DNA of 64,000 nucleotides from Terriglobia bacterium (GTDB lineage Bacteria > Acidobacteriota > Terriglobia > Acidiferrales > UBA7541): NCBI GenBank assembly GCA_963695545.1, contig OY968796.1:1920001-1984000 (forward strand), written 5' to 3'. Numbering within the stretch: position 1 is the stretch's first letter; each line of letters opens with the position of its first letter. The translations under genes were made by a program, and so were the position numbers. Under the pieces are notes generated by a model. The model was not told the DNA's origin, did not search any database, and worked only from the letters and a program-made list of their open reading frames with translations. Shown one piece after another: positions 10,975 to 20,796 of this stretch.

Positions 10975-12147
10975 TTAGACGTTGAGCAACATCGGTGAGC
11001 CGAGTTTTCCGCGATAGTGCGGACGGAAGCGCGCGACGTTGTACAACTTTTCGACGTCGAGTTTGCGCGGACCAAGCTTCGGATCGGGCAGCGGCACGTG
11101 CGTATATTTACCGCCCTCGAGCGCCACAAGCCGCCCGAAAGTTCCTTGGCGAATCAAATCGGCGGCGATGTTGCCGAACGTGATGGCAACGATTTGGTCG
11201 GTGGAATCGGGCGCGCCGCTGCGCAGTTCGTAGGTCAGATCGGCCAGCATGATTTCATTCCCGGTGCGGCGATGAATCTCATCGCCCAGCGCCTGGCCGA
11301 TGTCCACTTTTTTCTTGTGGCCGAAAGCGTCGGCCTCGCCGTACTCGCTGACGACGCGGCCTTTCCAAACCGCGCCTTCGGATGCAATCACGAACGAGTA
11401 GTGGCTGGAATTTTGGCGCTTATCTTCGGCGAGAATTTCCACCAGGCCTTCGAGATCGAACTCCACTTCCGGAATCACGCAGCGTCCCGAAGTCACGTAC
11501 GCGCTAAAGAGCGCCGTAAATCCGGCGTCGCGTCCAAACATGCGAAACACGCCGATGCGCTCGTGCGAACCGAGCGTGGTGCGCTGGCGCGTGATGATTT
11601 CTTTTGCGCGCGTGATGGCGGTGGAAAATCCGATGCAGTACTCCGTGCCGCGCACATCGTTGTCCATCGTTTTCGGAATGCCGAGAACGTTCACGCCTTT
11701 GCTTTCGAGCGTTTTCGCGAAGCTCAGCGTGTCGTCGCCGCCAATCGCCACCAGACAGCCGAGGCCAAGCCGCTCGATGTTTTCGAGGACGATCGGCGTG
11801 AAATCGAATGTGTCCGGCCCGGTCGCCAAGGTCTTCAAGCGCTCGGGCGAAATGAACGCGGGCAAACCCGATCGCTTCATCTTGAGAGCGTTGGTGCGCG
11901 AGGTGTGCAGAAAAGTTCCGCCGGTGCGGTCAACCGTGCGCGTGTTCTCCCAAGTGAGCGGAAGGATGTAGTCCGCGTCCGGCGCCGGGCCCGGCTTGAG
12001 ATGCGTCAATCCTTCCCAGCCGCGGCGAATGCCAATCACTTCGTAGCCCCAGCTCGTAGTTTGATAAACGACGCTCTTGATCGCGGCGTTGAGGCCGGGA
12101 ACGTCGCCGCCGCCGGTGAGAATGCCGATGCGTTTGGAAGCAGTCAT
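10975..12147 (-). CDS. pfkA: 6-phosphofructokinase (PfkA family, probably PPi-dependent)
   Basis: TGGGDVPGLN, GGTFLHTSR, IGGDDT, PKTMDND and FGRDAG motifs. Confidence 0.92.
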   Translation of the reverse strand: MTASKRIGILTGGGDVPGLNAAIKSVVYQTTSWGYEVIGIRRGWEGLTHLKPGPAPDADYILPLTWENTRTVDRTGGTFLHTSRTNALKMKRSGLPAFISPERLKTLATGPDTFDFTPIVLENIERLGLGCLVAIGGDDTLSFAKTLESKGVNVLGIPKTMDNDVRGTEYCIGFSTAITRAKEIITRQRTTLGSHERIGVFRMFGRDAGFTALFSAYVTSGRCVIPEVEFDLEGLVEILAEDKRQNSSHYSFVIASEGAVWKGRVVSEYGEADAFGHKKKVDIGQALGDEIHRRTGNEIMLADLTYELRSGAPDSTDQIVAITFGNIAADLIRQGTFGRLVALEGGKYTHVPLPDPKLGPRKLDVEKLYNVARFRPHYRGKLGSPMLLNV

Positions 12148-12251
12148 AGGGCCAAGATTTTAACATCGAGTGCGGGAATGCGCGCAAGTCAGGTTGGTCC
12201 GTTGTCGCAGGTTAATTTTCGATGCGCGATTGACGTTGCTTCGGTTCAGCC

Positions 12252-12279
12252 TGTAAGAAAATGCCGCCGTTGGCGTCTA
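12252..12279 (+). promoter_or_regulatory. Putative ECF-sigma promoter
   Basis: TGTAAG-N16-CGTCTA immediately upstream of an ECF sigma gene. Confidence 0.4.
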
Positions 12280-12304
12280 CCTTGGTAGGGAAAGCAAAAG
12301 AGCT

Positions 12305-12835
12305 TTGACGGAAACGATTGGCCAGGACGAGCTGTACCGGGAGGCGGCCGCTACGCACGCTGCGGCAATTGGCCGCCTTGCGCGAGCCTACGAGGCCGAT
12401 CAAGACAAGCGGCGCGACCTTATTCAGGACATTCACGTCGCGTTGTGGCGCAGCTTCGCGAGTTTCAATGGAGCATGTTCGCTGCGCACTTGGATTTACC
12501 GCGTGGCTCACAACACGGCGATCTCCCATGTGCTGCGTGAACGGAGAAGAAACAGGCACACCATGGTGAGTCTTGAAGAAATTGAGAACATGGCCAGTGC
12601 GATTGACACCGAACGGGCGGCGCGCCAGCAAGAAGCGCTAGAGCGCCTCCTGGCGATGATCCGGACGCTGAACCCAATTGATCGGCAAGTGATCCTTTGC
12701 TATTTGGAGGGCATGGACGCGGTTTCCATTGGAGAGATTGCCGGTTTATCCGCGGGAAACGTGGCAACCAAGATTCATCGCATTAGGAACGTGTTGTCTT
12801 GCCGGTTTCATGAAGGAGGGCGTGATGACAAATGA
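12305..12835 (+). CDS. ECF-type RNA polymerase sigma factor
   Basis: DLIQDI..ALWRS, TWIYRVAHN (region 2); region 4 LEG...EIAGLSAGNVATKIHR; TTG start. Confidence 0.9.
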   Translation: MTETIGQDELYREAAATHAAAIGRLARAYEADQDKRRDLIQDIHVALWRSFASFNGACSLRTWIYRVAHNTAISHVLRERRRNRHTMVSLEEIENMASAIDTERAARQQEALERLLAMIRTLNPIDRQVILCYLEGMDAVSIGEIAGLSAGNVATKIHRIRNVLSCRFHEGGRDDK

Positions 12836-13409
12836 GCCCGATCTGACGGAGGTGAAAAGTATCTGGCAGAACCAGCCTGTAGAGGACAGAACGATGCCAC
12901 TCGGCGAGGTTCGGAGAAGGGTTGAGCGCCTCGAAAGCACGGCGAGCAAATTTTATTGGGTTGGCTGGTTGACAGTTGTCGGCGTGACAGCAATCTTCGT
13001 ACGTTATCTGTTCCGCGCCGCCAACTTGCCTGAGCGGGTCGGGTCCGCCCTGTTCATCGTCGGCGCGGGACTCTTCGCGTGCCAACTCTTTCTGTTTCGC
13101 AAGGAGCCGAATGGCTCAGTCGCGGGAGGTGCGGAGCCGCTTGCGAGCGTCAGATTCTACCGAAGTCTACTGCAGCGGCAACGCGACTTTCACAGTGGCC
13201 TGTGGTTCTGGTCCAAACTAATCATTACTTCGACCGGTGCCTGCCTCTATCTTTCCGGTCTCGTCCCGGCGGCACCGGGGGGTATCGCCAGATGGGGCTG
13301 GCTGTATGTGGTGCTTGTCGTCGCGCTTGGCTACGGGCTGGTGTCGAACCTCCGAGAGGCCCGGAAATACCAGCGTGAAATCGATGCCTTGGACGCGATC
13401 AACGGGTAA
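12825..13409 (+). CDS. Membrane protein, probable anti-sigma factor
   Basis: Overlaps the sigma stop, AGGAGG RBS, N-terminal 'KSIWQ', about four TM segments. Confidence 0.7.
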   Translation: MTNEPDLTEVKSIWQNQPVEDRTMPLGEVRRRVERLESTASKFYWVGWLTVVGVTAIFVRYLFRAANLPERVGSALFIVGAGLFACQLFLFRKEPNGSVAGGAEPLASVRFYRSLLQRQRDFHSGLWFWSKLIITSTGACLYLSGLVPAAPGGIARWGWLYVVLVVALGYGLVSNLREARKYQREIDALDAING

Positions 13410-13440
13410 AAGAGCAGTGTGCGTCCCGTGCTGCGCGAGC

Positions 13441-14136
13441 CTAGCCGCGGCGCTTCGAGCCAGCGAGTGATGTGAATTCGTACAGCGGAAATACTTCGCG
13501 GAAAATCTTCGCGGCGTCTCCGGCAAATGTGGGGCGCGTGGCGGCTTTGGCGGGCATTTTTCGGCGCACGATCCACGCGAGAAGTTTTTTCCAATCGGCG
13601 GGATCGAGAGGCCAGCCGGAGTGTTTGGTCCACTCGCGTTTTTCCATCGAGTACCAGTAGCTTTCGTAGCGGCGGCCGAGGCGCCGTTTTTGTTGCGCGA
13701 GAAATTTGGGCCGAGCGGCGACGCGCGGGCGGGCGATTGCCTCGATCGCGGAGGTTTTGTCGCGCGACTCGGCGTAGATACGGAAGCCGGCGGTCGCAAA
13801 TTTCGGCCCGAGCCCGACGTACAGCTCACCGCCGTGGGAATTGCGTCCGCAGAAAAAAAGATACATTTGAGTGCGATACGGAGTTTTGTCGCGCGCGAAG
13901 CGGATATCGCGATTGATGCGCGAGAAATTCGTTCCGGTGCGGCCGTCGATCTCGAAGTTCGGGTCGAGATGCAGCGCCGCCGGCGTCAGCGCGTCAAGCA
14001 TCGCGCGGAACGGATCGACCACCGACGAACGATACCATTCGCGATTCTCGTCCATCCAGGCTTTGGCATTGTTTCGTTCGAGCTCGCGGAAAAATCGGAG
14101 CGTGCCGTCGGAGAAAATGGCGTTCTGTGATTTCAT
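13441..14136 (-). CDS. DUF2461 family protein
   Basis: FFREL..NN.K.W and SRINRDIRFARDKTPY motifs. Confidence 0.85.
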   Translation of the reverse strand: MKSQNAIFSDGTLRFFRELERNNAKAWMDENREWYRSSVVDPFRAMLDALTPAALHLDPNFEIDGRTGTNFSRINRDIRFARDKTPYRTQMYLFFCGRNSHGGELYVGLGPKFATAGFRIYAESRDKTSAIEAIARPRVAARPKFLAQQKRRLGRRYESYWYSMEKREWTKHSGWPLDPADWKKLLAWIVRRKMPAKAATRPTFAGDAAKIFREVFPLYEFTSLAGSKRRG

Positions 14137-14154
14137 GGCAACACTCCTCAGGCG

Positions 14155-15765
14155 CTACGCGCGCAAGCGAATCAGGCGCGCTTCGGTGATGGCTTCGAGT
14201 TCGCGCAGCGGCGTGAGCACGGAATCGGACACGTCGCCATCGAGGCGTACGAGGGAAATAGCTTCGGCGCCGCGAACGGCTTCACGGCGGCCGAGAGCGT
14301 ACGTGGCGATGTTCAGATTCTGCGTGCCGAGCAACGTGCCGATTTTGCCGATCGCGCCGGGAACGTCTCGATTGCGAAGCAGCAGCAGCGTGCCTTCAAG
14401 CGGCGCTTCGAGCGCCATGCCGTCGACGCGTAGAAGTCGCGGCGGAGTGTCCGCGAGCGCGGTGCCCTCAACGGAGAACGCGCTGACCGCGCTTTCGCCC
14501 GGCGCGGTCGCTGCTTCGCCGGAGACTTCGATGGTGTCCGGAAAACCGTGCTCGCGGCGGCCGCCGCGTTCTTCGACGGCCAGGCCGCGCGCCGAAGCCA
14601 CGGCTTCGGCGTTCACCAGGTTCACTTTTTCCGCCAGCGCGGAATTGAGCACGCCGGCGAGCACGGCGCTGCGCAGAACGCGCGTGCCGAGTTCGGCGGG
14701 TTCGCCGGCGAAAGCGATGCGCACGCGCCCAAGACGCGCGCCGCGGCCGGCGACAACCTGCGCGACCATCGAGCCGAGTCGCTCGGCGAGCAAAAGATAC
14801 GGTTGCAAGCGGCGATACTGTTCGGCGGAAAGCGAAGGCAAATTGACGGCGTTGCGCACCACGCCATCGGCCAGAAAGTCGCGCACTTGCTGCGCGATCA
14901 GCGTGCCAACTTCTTCCTGCGCTTCGGCGGTGGAACCGGCCACGTGCGGCGTGGCGATCAGATTCGCCAATCCGACGAGTGGCGAATCCTTTGGCGGCTC
15001 GACGGCGAAAACGTCGAGGCCCGCGCCGGCCAATTGGCCTGAGCGCAGCGCGTCAGCGAGCGCCGCTTCATCCACAAGTTCGCCGCGCGCGGTGTTCACA
15101 AGGTAGGCGCCGCGTTTGGTTTTCGCGAGGTTCGCGGCGTTGATCATGCGCTCGGTCTCCGGCACAAGCGCGGTGTGCAGCGAAAGAAAATCCGATTCCG
15201 CGAGCAGTTGATCGAGCTGCACAAGAACCACGCCGGCTTCGCGCGCCGCGTTCTCGGTGAGAAACGGATCGCAGGCCAGCACGCGCATTTCAAGCGAGCG
15301 CGCGCGGCGCGCCACTTCCGCGCCGACGCGGCCCAGGCCGATCAGGCCAAGCGTTTTGCCGCGCAGCTCCGTGCCCTGGCCTTTCGATTTTTCCCAGCGA
15401 CCGGCGTGCATCGCGGCGTTGAGCGCCGGAATTTTGCGCGCGAGCGAGAGCATCAGAGCCAGAGTGTGCTCGGCGACGCTGGGTGCGTTGCCGCCGGGCG
15501 TGTTCATCACCAGCACGCCGCGGCGCGTTGCGGCGTCCAGGTCCACGTTGTCAACGCCGACGCCGGCGCGTCCTACGACGCGCAGCTTCGGCGCGCGTTC
15601 GAGCACGGCGGAGGTGACGCGCGTGGCGCTGCGCACCACGAGCGCATCGGCCGTGGGCAATTCGGCGTCGAGCGATTCTTTCGTCGGGCGGACGACTTCC
15701 CAGCCCGTGGCGCGCAACAAATCGATGCCACGTTCACTGATCGGATCGGCAACAATGATTCGCAT
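14155..15765 (-). CDS. serA: D-3-phosphoglycerate dehydrogenase
   Basis: VRSAT, RAGVGVDNVD, GLGRVG, NTARG, LDVF..EP, TPHVAGST and a C-terminal ACT domain. Confidence 0.95.
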   Translation of the reverse strand: MRIIVADPISERGIDLLRATGWEVVRPTKESLDAELPTADALVVRSATRVTSAVLERAPKLRVVGRAGVGVDNVDLDAATRRGVLVMNTPGGNAPSVAEHTLALMLSLARKIPALNAAMHAGRWEKSKGQGTELRGKTLGLIGLGRVGAEVARRARSLEMRVLACDPFLTENAAREAGVVLVQLDQLLAESDFLSLHTALVPETERMINAANLAKTKRGAYLVNTARGELVDEAALADALRSGQLAGAGLDVFAVEPPKDSPLVGLANLIATPHVAGSTAEAQEEVGTLIAQQVRDFLADGVVRNAVNLPSLSAEQYRRLQPYLLLAERLGSMVAQVVAGRGARLGRVRIAFAGEPAELGTRVLRSAVLAGVLNSALAEKVNLVNAEAVASARGLAVEERGGRREHGFPDTIEVSGEAATAPGESAVSAFSVEGTALADTPPRLLRVDGMALEAPLEGTLLLLRNRDVPGAIGKIGTLLGTQNLNIATYALGRREAVRGAEAISLVRLDGDVSDSVLTPLRELEAITEARLIRLRA

Positions 15766-15868
15766 AGGGCAAGTAGCGTATTCGGCGGCGGCGGGCCTGT
15801 CAAATCGGCACGGTCTTGCTCGGCGCGAGAATTCACTTCGTCAGGGACGTTCGCTCAGACGCAATCGC

Positions 15869-16525
15869 TCATTTTCGGCTTTCGACGAATACCGAGCACT
15901 GCGCCACGCCCGCCTCTTCGCGCTTGATCGCGGCGAAAACTTCGGGCGCATAGAAGAGCGTTTCATCGCGGGACAGCTTCCACGCTTCGGAAAAGCCGGC
16001 GTCGAGCAGCAGCTCTTCGAGATAGGAAAAATCGAGACCCTGGCGATGGCCGCCTTCGCAGAAAAGTAGATTTGAGAGCTTGCCGCCGAGCGAGCGATGC
16101 GGGCGCGGGAAATCGCTGAAGAACGCGGCATCGCCCGAGAGATACGCGCGCGCCGCGGCACCCATGTCCGGCACAACGGCGCGGAGAAAACTCGCCGGCG
16201 CGAGAACGCGATGACATTCGCGCAGGAGTGCGGCGAGCTCTTCAGCGTAAAAATGCTCGAAGACGTGCGAAGAATAAATTGAAGCGACCGAACCCGAAGA
16301 AAAAGGAAGGCCGTTGCGCAGATCGAGCCATAGATCACGTTTTCGGAAAACGTTGCCGTCCACATTTACAAAGCCCGAAAGATATTTCGGTCCGCAGCCA
16401 AGATGCAGGTGCATAGCGCCGGAGCCATTGGCGCGCAGGCCGCGAATTTTCCAGTGCCAATAATTCAGTTTGTTGATGCGCCGCAGGGCCGTGAAGTAAA
16501 CGTCACGCGTTCGCTGATGAAGCAT
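15869..16525 (-). CDS. Class I SAM-dependent methyltransferase
   Basis: LHLGCG, SSHVFEH, RVLAP and VVPD; start trimmed to MLHQRT. Confidence 0.8.
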   Translation of the reverse strand: MLHQRTRDVYFTALRRINKLNYWHWKIRGLRANGSGAMHLHLGCGPKYLSGFVNVDGNVFRKRDLWLDLRNGLPFSSGSVASIYSSHVFEHFYAEELAALLRECHRVLAPASFLRAVVPDMGAAARAYLSGDAAFFSDFPRPHRSLGGKLSNLLFCEGGHRQGLDFSYLEELLLDAGFSEAWKLSRDETLFYAPEVFAAIKREEAGVAQCSVFVESRK

Positions 16526-17354
16526 ATTTGTAATCCCGTTTGCTGCGCGTCCAGCGAGCGAGGCAGCGGTGCGATATGGCCAGGAGTTTGCGATCGGAAG
16601 TGTCGCTCGCGAGCGTGCGGCCATCGAACAAGACGAAATCGAGATTGCGCAGCAGGCCCGGAATGGAATCATCGGCGTAACCGTCGATGTAGACGGCCTT
16701 CACGCGGCCCGATGCCAGCAGGCGCTCGGCGCCGCGCAGAACTTCGGCTTCGTGATTTTCGACGTCGATCTTGATCACGATGGAATCGCCCTCGATGGGC
16801 ACATCGTCGAGACGCAGCGCGGGAACGCGCACGGCGCGACCGCGGATTTGAAATGGACTGACGGGATCGATCGCGCTGAACGTCCAGGAGCCGCCGCCTT
16901 CGCGGAAATCCATCTCGCCGGAGTGATCGGAAAGCGCGCACTCGTGAATTTCGACGCCGCGATCTGCCAGCGTCGCCCGCAGGCGCTCGACGGTTTCGGG
17001 ATGCGGCTCGAAGGCGTAAAACTTCATGCGCGGGAAAACTTCGTTCGCGCGCGCCAGCACGGCGGAATACAAACCGACGTTCGCGCCGATGTCCACGAAG
17101 GTGTCCTCGGGTTCGATGAGAAGCGCGAGAGTGGCCAGAATTCCAGCGTCGCCGCCCAGGGGAATGCTGAGGCGCGCCATTTTTTGCGCGGCCGGGTAGC
17201 CGACCTCCTGGCGAGCGTTGACGCACAGGCGCGCGCCGAGCAGTTCAACTTCGACATCCCGATTCGGGAAAAATAACCGCAATAGGAAACGGCGGAATCG
17301 CGGATGAACGTTCACCGCCCGATGCAAGATGCCTTTTATTACACCGTTTTCCAT
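16503..17354 (-). CDS. FkbM family methyltransferase
   Basis: VDIGANVG, AFEP and IKIDVENHE motifs. Confidence 0.88.
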   Translation of the reverse strand: MENGVIKGILHRAVNVHPRFRRFLLRLFFPNRDVEVELLGARLCVNARQEVGYPAAQKMARLSIPLGGDAGILATLALLIEPEDTFVDIGANVGLYSAVLARANEVFPRMKFYAFEPHPETVERLRATLADRGVEIHECALSDHSGEMDFREGGGSWTFSAIDPVSPFQIRGRAVRVPALRLDDVPIEGDSIVIKIDVENHEAEVLRGAERLLASGRVKAVYIDGYADDSIPGLLRNLDFVLFDGRTLASDTSDRKLLAISHRCLARWTRSKRDYKYASSANA

Positions 17355-17494
17355 TTCTCCGTGCCTCCACGGGCGCGCGATGAAGCAATTAGAAAGCAAT
17401 CGCCGTGCCACTCGATAGAAGCCTGAGGTTTTGCTGTGCGAGGTGCGGCGCGCCGAGCCGGTTGCGCGCGTGTGCTATAGTTTGGGAACACTTC

Positions 17495-17950
17495 ATGACT
17501 TTGACCGAGCGCATCCAGAGCGATCTGACACAGGCGATGAAGGCGAAAGATGAATTGCGCCTGAGCGTTTTGCGCATGATGAAGAGCGCGATCAAGAACA
17601 AGGAAATCGAAAAAATCCGTCCGCTCGACGACGCGGAGGCGCTGCAGGTTTTGAATACGCTAGTGAAGCAGCGGCGCGAATCGGTGGAGATGTTCGCTAA
17701 AGGCGGGCGGAAAGATTTGGTCGACAAGGAAACGAAAGAGATTGCGATCATCGAGGCTTATTTGCCGGCGGGCGCGAGCGACGCCGATATGGATGCCGCG
17801 ATCGCCGCGGCTATCGCCGAAACCGGAGCGAATTCGGCGAAGCAAATGGGCGCGGTGATCAAAGCGGCGCGCGCGCGTCTTGAAGGCAAAACGGTCGACG
17901 GCAAGGCGCTGTCGGATCGCGTGCGCGATCGCCTGTCCAAGCCCGCCTGA
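17495..17950 (+). CDS. GatB/YqeY domain protein
   Basis: AMKAKD..RLSVLRM.KSAIKN, VKQRRES and YLP; extended -10 TGTGCTATAGT at 17471-17481. Confidence 0.92.
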   Translation: MTLTERIQSDLTQAMKAKDELRLSVLRMMKSAIKNKEIEKIRPLDDAEALQVLNTLVKQRRESVEMFAKGGRKDLVDKETKEIAIIEAYLPAGASDADMDAAIAAAIAETGANSAKQMGAVIKAARARLEGKTVDGKALSDRVRDRLSKPA

Positions 17951-18061
17951 ATCAGCGCGGCGCCCGCCGCTCGTTGCGTTTTCTTCCGCTTCGCCACTCA
18001 TAAAGCCGTTCCGACTCACTCCTACATCGCGCGTGGCGAGCAAGCGCGGTATTCTGATGCG

Positions 18062-18697
18062 GTGACGCTGCCGGAAAAAATCCCCGTCCGCTATTCGGAA
18101 GAAGAAGCGGGATATGTAAGTTTTCGTCCCGTGGTGCGCCAGGCATTCGGCGTCCACGAATTGCTCGACATGATTTTGTCGGTGACTGGAAAAGACGCCG
18201 CGCGCGTTAGGCAAATTCTGCGCGCGGGCACTATCGCATTTCATTCCTATCGCTACTGGTGGACGGGGTTCGAGCCGAGCGACGCCGATCTGCGCGAGGC
18301 CTTGGCCGATTTCCCGGACGCCGATGCGGCGCGCGCATTTTCCGCGAACGACTGCACACTCATAGTGCTGGAATCAGGCGGTGTGGCGGCACGCGAGATT
18401 GCGGAAATCAGTCGCGAGGCTGGTTCGGCGCGGCAATGGTTTAAGCGCGGAACAATCTGGCAGCTTTTGCTCGAGACAGTCGCGCGCGCCGCGCCGGCCT
18501 ATCACGGCTATTCGTACGAGCGACGCGCCGATTTGTATCGCCTCGATATTGAGCCCGGTGAAGCCGCCTCGCTCGCAGAGCGAGCCGAGCGCCTGGCGCC
18601 GCGATCGCTGCGCCAGTTGGCGCACACCCTCGCAGAAGCGCGGCGCCTGCTGTTCGTATGCCCGCGTCGCGCCGCGCGCGATTCAAAATCAATTTAG
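18062..18697 (+). CDS. Hypothetical protein
   Basis: 211-aa ORF with protein-like composition filling the gap; no family recognised. Confidence 0.7.
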   Translation: MTLPEKIPVRYSEEEAGYVSFRPVVRQAFGVHELLDMILSVTGKDAARVRQILRAGTIAFHSYRYWWTGFEPSDADLREALADFPDADAARAFSANDCTLIVLESGGVAAREIAEISREAGSARQWFKRGTIWQLLLETVARAAPAYHGYSYERRADLYRLDIEPGEAASLAERAERLAPRSLRQLAHTLAEARRLLFVCPRRAARDSKSI

Positions 18698-18732
18698 AGC
18701 ATGCTGGGAAGGTGGCATCGCGCCCGATGCGT

Positions 18733-20796
18733 TCAATTGGAGGCGGCGCGCTTGAGCACGGCGCTCGCACTCTCGTCCTGGGCAATTTTCTCGTAAAAGT
18801 TCTTGAGGTCATCGAGCTGCGCGGTGGGCACGAGCACGGAATTAATTTGCATGGTGCGCGTGTAGCGCAACACCTTGCCGTCGCATTCCACCTTGCTGGT
18901 GTAACTCCCGAAAGAGTATTCGGCTTTTGCGGGCGGCGGCAATTCGTCCACCACGTAGCCAGCCGGAAGCGCGATCTCGAAAATGTCCGAAACGCTTTCG
19001 GCGACTTCGAGATCCACGGGATATTTTCGGGGTTTTGAGGTGTCTTCGAGAAGGCCATTGCTTTCTTCGCCCATCACGCGCGGCCGCACCAGCAGCAGAT
19101 CGCCGGAAGCCTGCGCGTAATTCGGCGCGACGAACTGATAGTTCAGCACCAGCGTCTGCGAAGTATCGTCCATATTTTCCGCGGTGGCTTGCGTCAAGTT
19201 TGCGCCGGGAACGAATTGAGACAAATAACTTTCGAGCACATCGGCTCCCGGGTCCTTGGCCGTGGCTTGGCGAATCTGTTCGCGGCGCTGCGCAGCGGGG
19301 AAGCCCCAGCGCATTTCTTTCACGTCGCCTTGAAGCGTGCCGGTTTCATTCAGCGAGAATTCCGCAAATCGCAGCAATCGGTTTGTGGCGGGCGGAAGCA
19401 ACGGCAATTCCACCAGCTCGCCGCCTTGATCGCTGACCAACATTCCGTAGTTGTCCTGCAGATACCAAGGCAGGTAGCCGAGCGGAACAAATTCGTTGGT
19501 AGGATCGAAGAACAACAGCGTGCCGAGTTGGGGATCCTTATAGCTGGCGTACATGTTGGAAAGCGGCACGTCGGCCGGCAAACGGATTGCGACGATCACG
19601 TGATCGAATCCGTCCCACGGCGGGTCTTCAGGCCGGATCACGCCGCGCTGATCCTCGATGACCACGTAGTAGGAATCGATACCGGCGTCCTTCAGCATCG
19701 CGCCGAGCAGCGTGGCCTTATCCTTGCAATCGCCATAGCGATTCGCAAACACCAGAGAGGCCGGGTGAGGTTGGTGACCGCCGATGCCGATTTCGATGGC
19801 GAAGTAGCGGATTTGGCTTTGCATCCACACGGTGATCGCGCGAATTTTATCGAGCGAGGTGGGGGCCGACGCCGTGAGCTCTTTCACTTTGGCTTCGATG
19901 TCCGGTGAATCGTCGCGGCGGCCAGCGATGATGTGGTCGTACCAAAGGCCGAAGTCTTTCCACGAATCGAGAGTTTTCGCGCGCAGGGCCGGGTCGTTCG
20001 GAACGAAATCCAGAATGGCGCGGCCTTCGAGCGCTTCCTCGGGAGGCGCGTCCTCCTCGGGCTCCACGCCGGGGACGTCCTGCAGGTCCCAATGCCATGC
20101 GTTCTGGCCATCCTGCTGCGCGGCGACATCGGCGTGATTGATCCAGTGAGCGTTGAACTCCCAGCCCGCAGGAATCTCGAGCGTATAGTGCCCCTGGCGG
20201 ACAGGGTCTTCGCCTTGAAAATCCCATTCCTCCTGCAGCAAATCGGGTTGCGTGTGGATTTCGTACTCGAAACCAATCACGTTGCCGGGCTCGGGCTCGG
20301 GCGCTTGCAAGATTTGCACGCGGACGTCGTCGAACTCGTCCTCTTGGAACTGCGCTCGCTGCACGGCGTCTTTTTCGGACACGGCCAGATCTTTCCCGTC
20401 GGCGGGGATGCACCAACCTTTCATGCTGTCGATCTTTATCAGCTTGCTGAATGGGACTTCGAGCGTTCCCCGGTCGCGCCCCGAGCTGCGCAGAATTTTG
20501 TAGGCGACACGCTGATGTTCGACGACTTCGCCATTCGCGTCGACGGATACGGCTTCGTCGTCGAGTAAGATGACAGCTTTCGTCTCTTCGGGATATTGGG
20601 GCAGCGGCGCGGCGGCAGCGGCGTGCAGCCAGTCGGGCGCGTCGGGGTTGCGGCCCGCGCGCGCCGAAGGGACGTGCGTTGCGGCGAACGCCGCGAGCAA
20701 AAATCCGGCCGCCAGGAATCTACTGCTTGGCCTGCGTTCCCTGCGCGCCTGCCGCTTCCAGCATGACCTGCATTTGATCCGCATTTCGCGCCTCAT
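18733..20796 (-). CDS. DUF3857 / transglutaminase-like domain protein (exported)
   Basis: IRYFAIEIG, YGDCKDKATLL (Cys), FDHVI (His) and FFDPT (Asp); signal-like segment; start uncertain. Confidence 0.88.
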   Translation of the reverse strand: MRREMRIKCRSCWKRQARRERRPSSRFLAAGFLLAAFAATHVPSARAGRNPDAPDWLHAAAAAPLPQYPEETKAVILLDDEAVSVDANGEVVEHQRVAYKILRSSGRDRGTLEVPFSKLIKIDSMKGWCIPADGKDLAVSEKDAVQRAQFQEDEFDDVRVQILQAPEPEPGNVIGFEYEIHTQPDLLQEEWDFQGEDPVRQGHYTLEIPAGWEFNAHWINHADVAAQQDGQNAWHWDLQDVPGVEPEEDAPPEEALEGRAILDFVPNDPALRAKTLDSWKDFGLWYDHIIAGRRDDSPDIEAKVKELTASAPTSLDKIRAITVWMQSQIRYFAIEIGIGGHQPHPASLVFANRYGDCKDKATLLGAMLKDAGIDSYYVVIEDQRGVIRPEDPPWDGFDHVIVAIRLPADVPLSNMYASYKDPQLGTLLFFDPTNEFVPLGYLPWYLQDNYGMLVSDQGGELVELPLLPPATNRLLRFAEFSLNETGTLQGDVKEMRWGFPAAQRREQIRQATAKDPGADVLESYLSQFVPGANLTQATAENMDDTSQTLVLNYQFVAPNYAQASGDLLLVRPRVMGEESNGLLEDTSKPRKYPVDLEVAESVSDIFEIALPAGYVVDELPPPAKAEYSFGSYTSKVECDGKVLRYTRTMQINSVLVPTAQLDDLKNFYEKIAQDESASAVLKRAASN

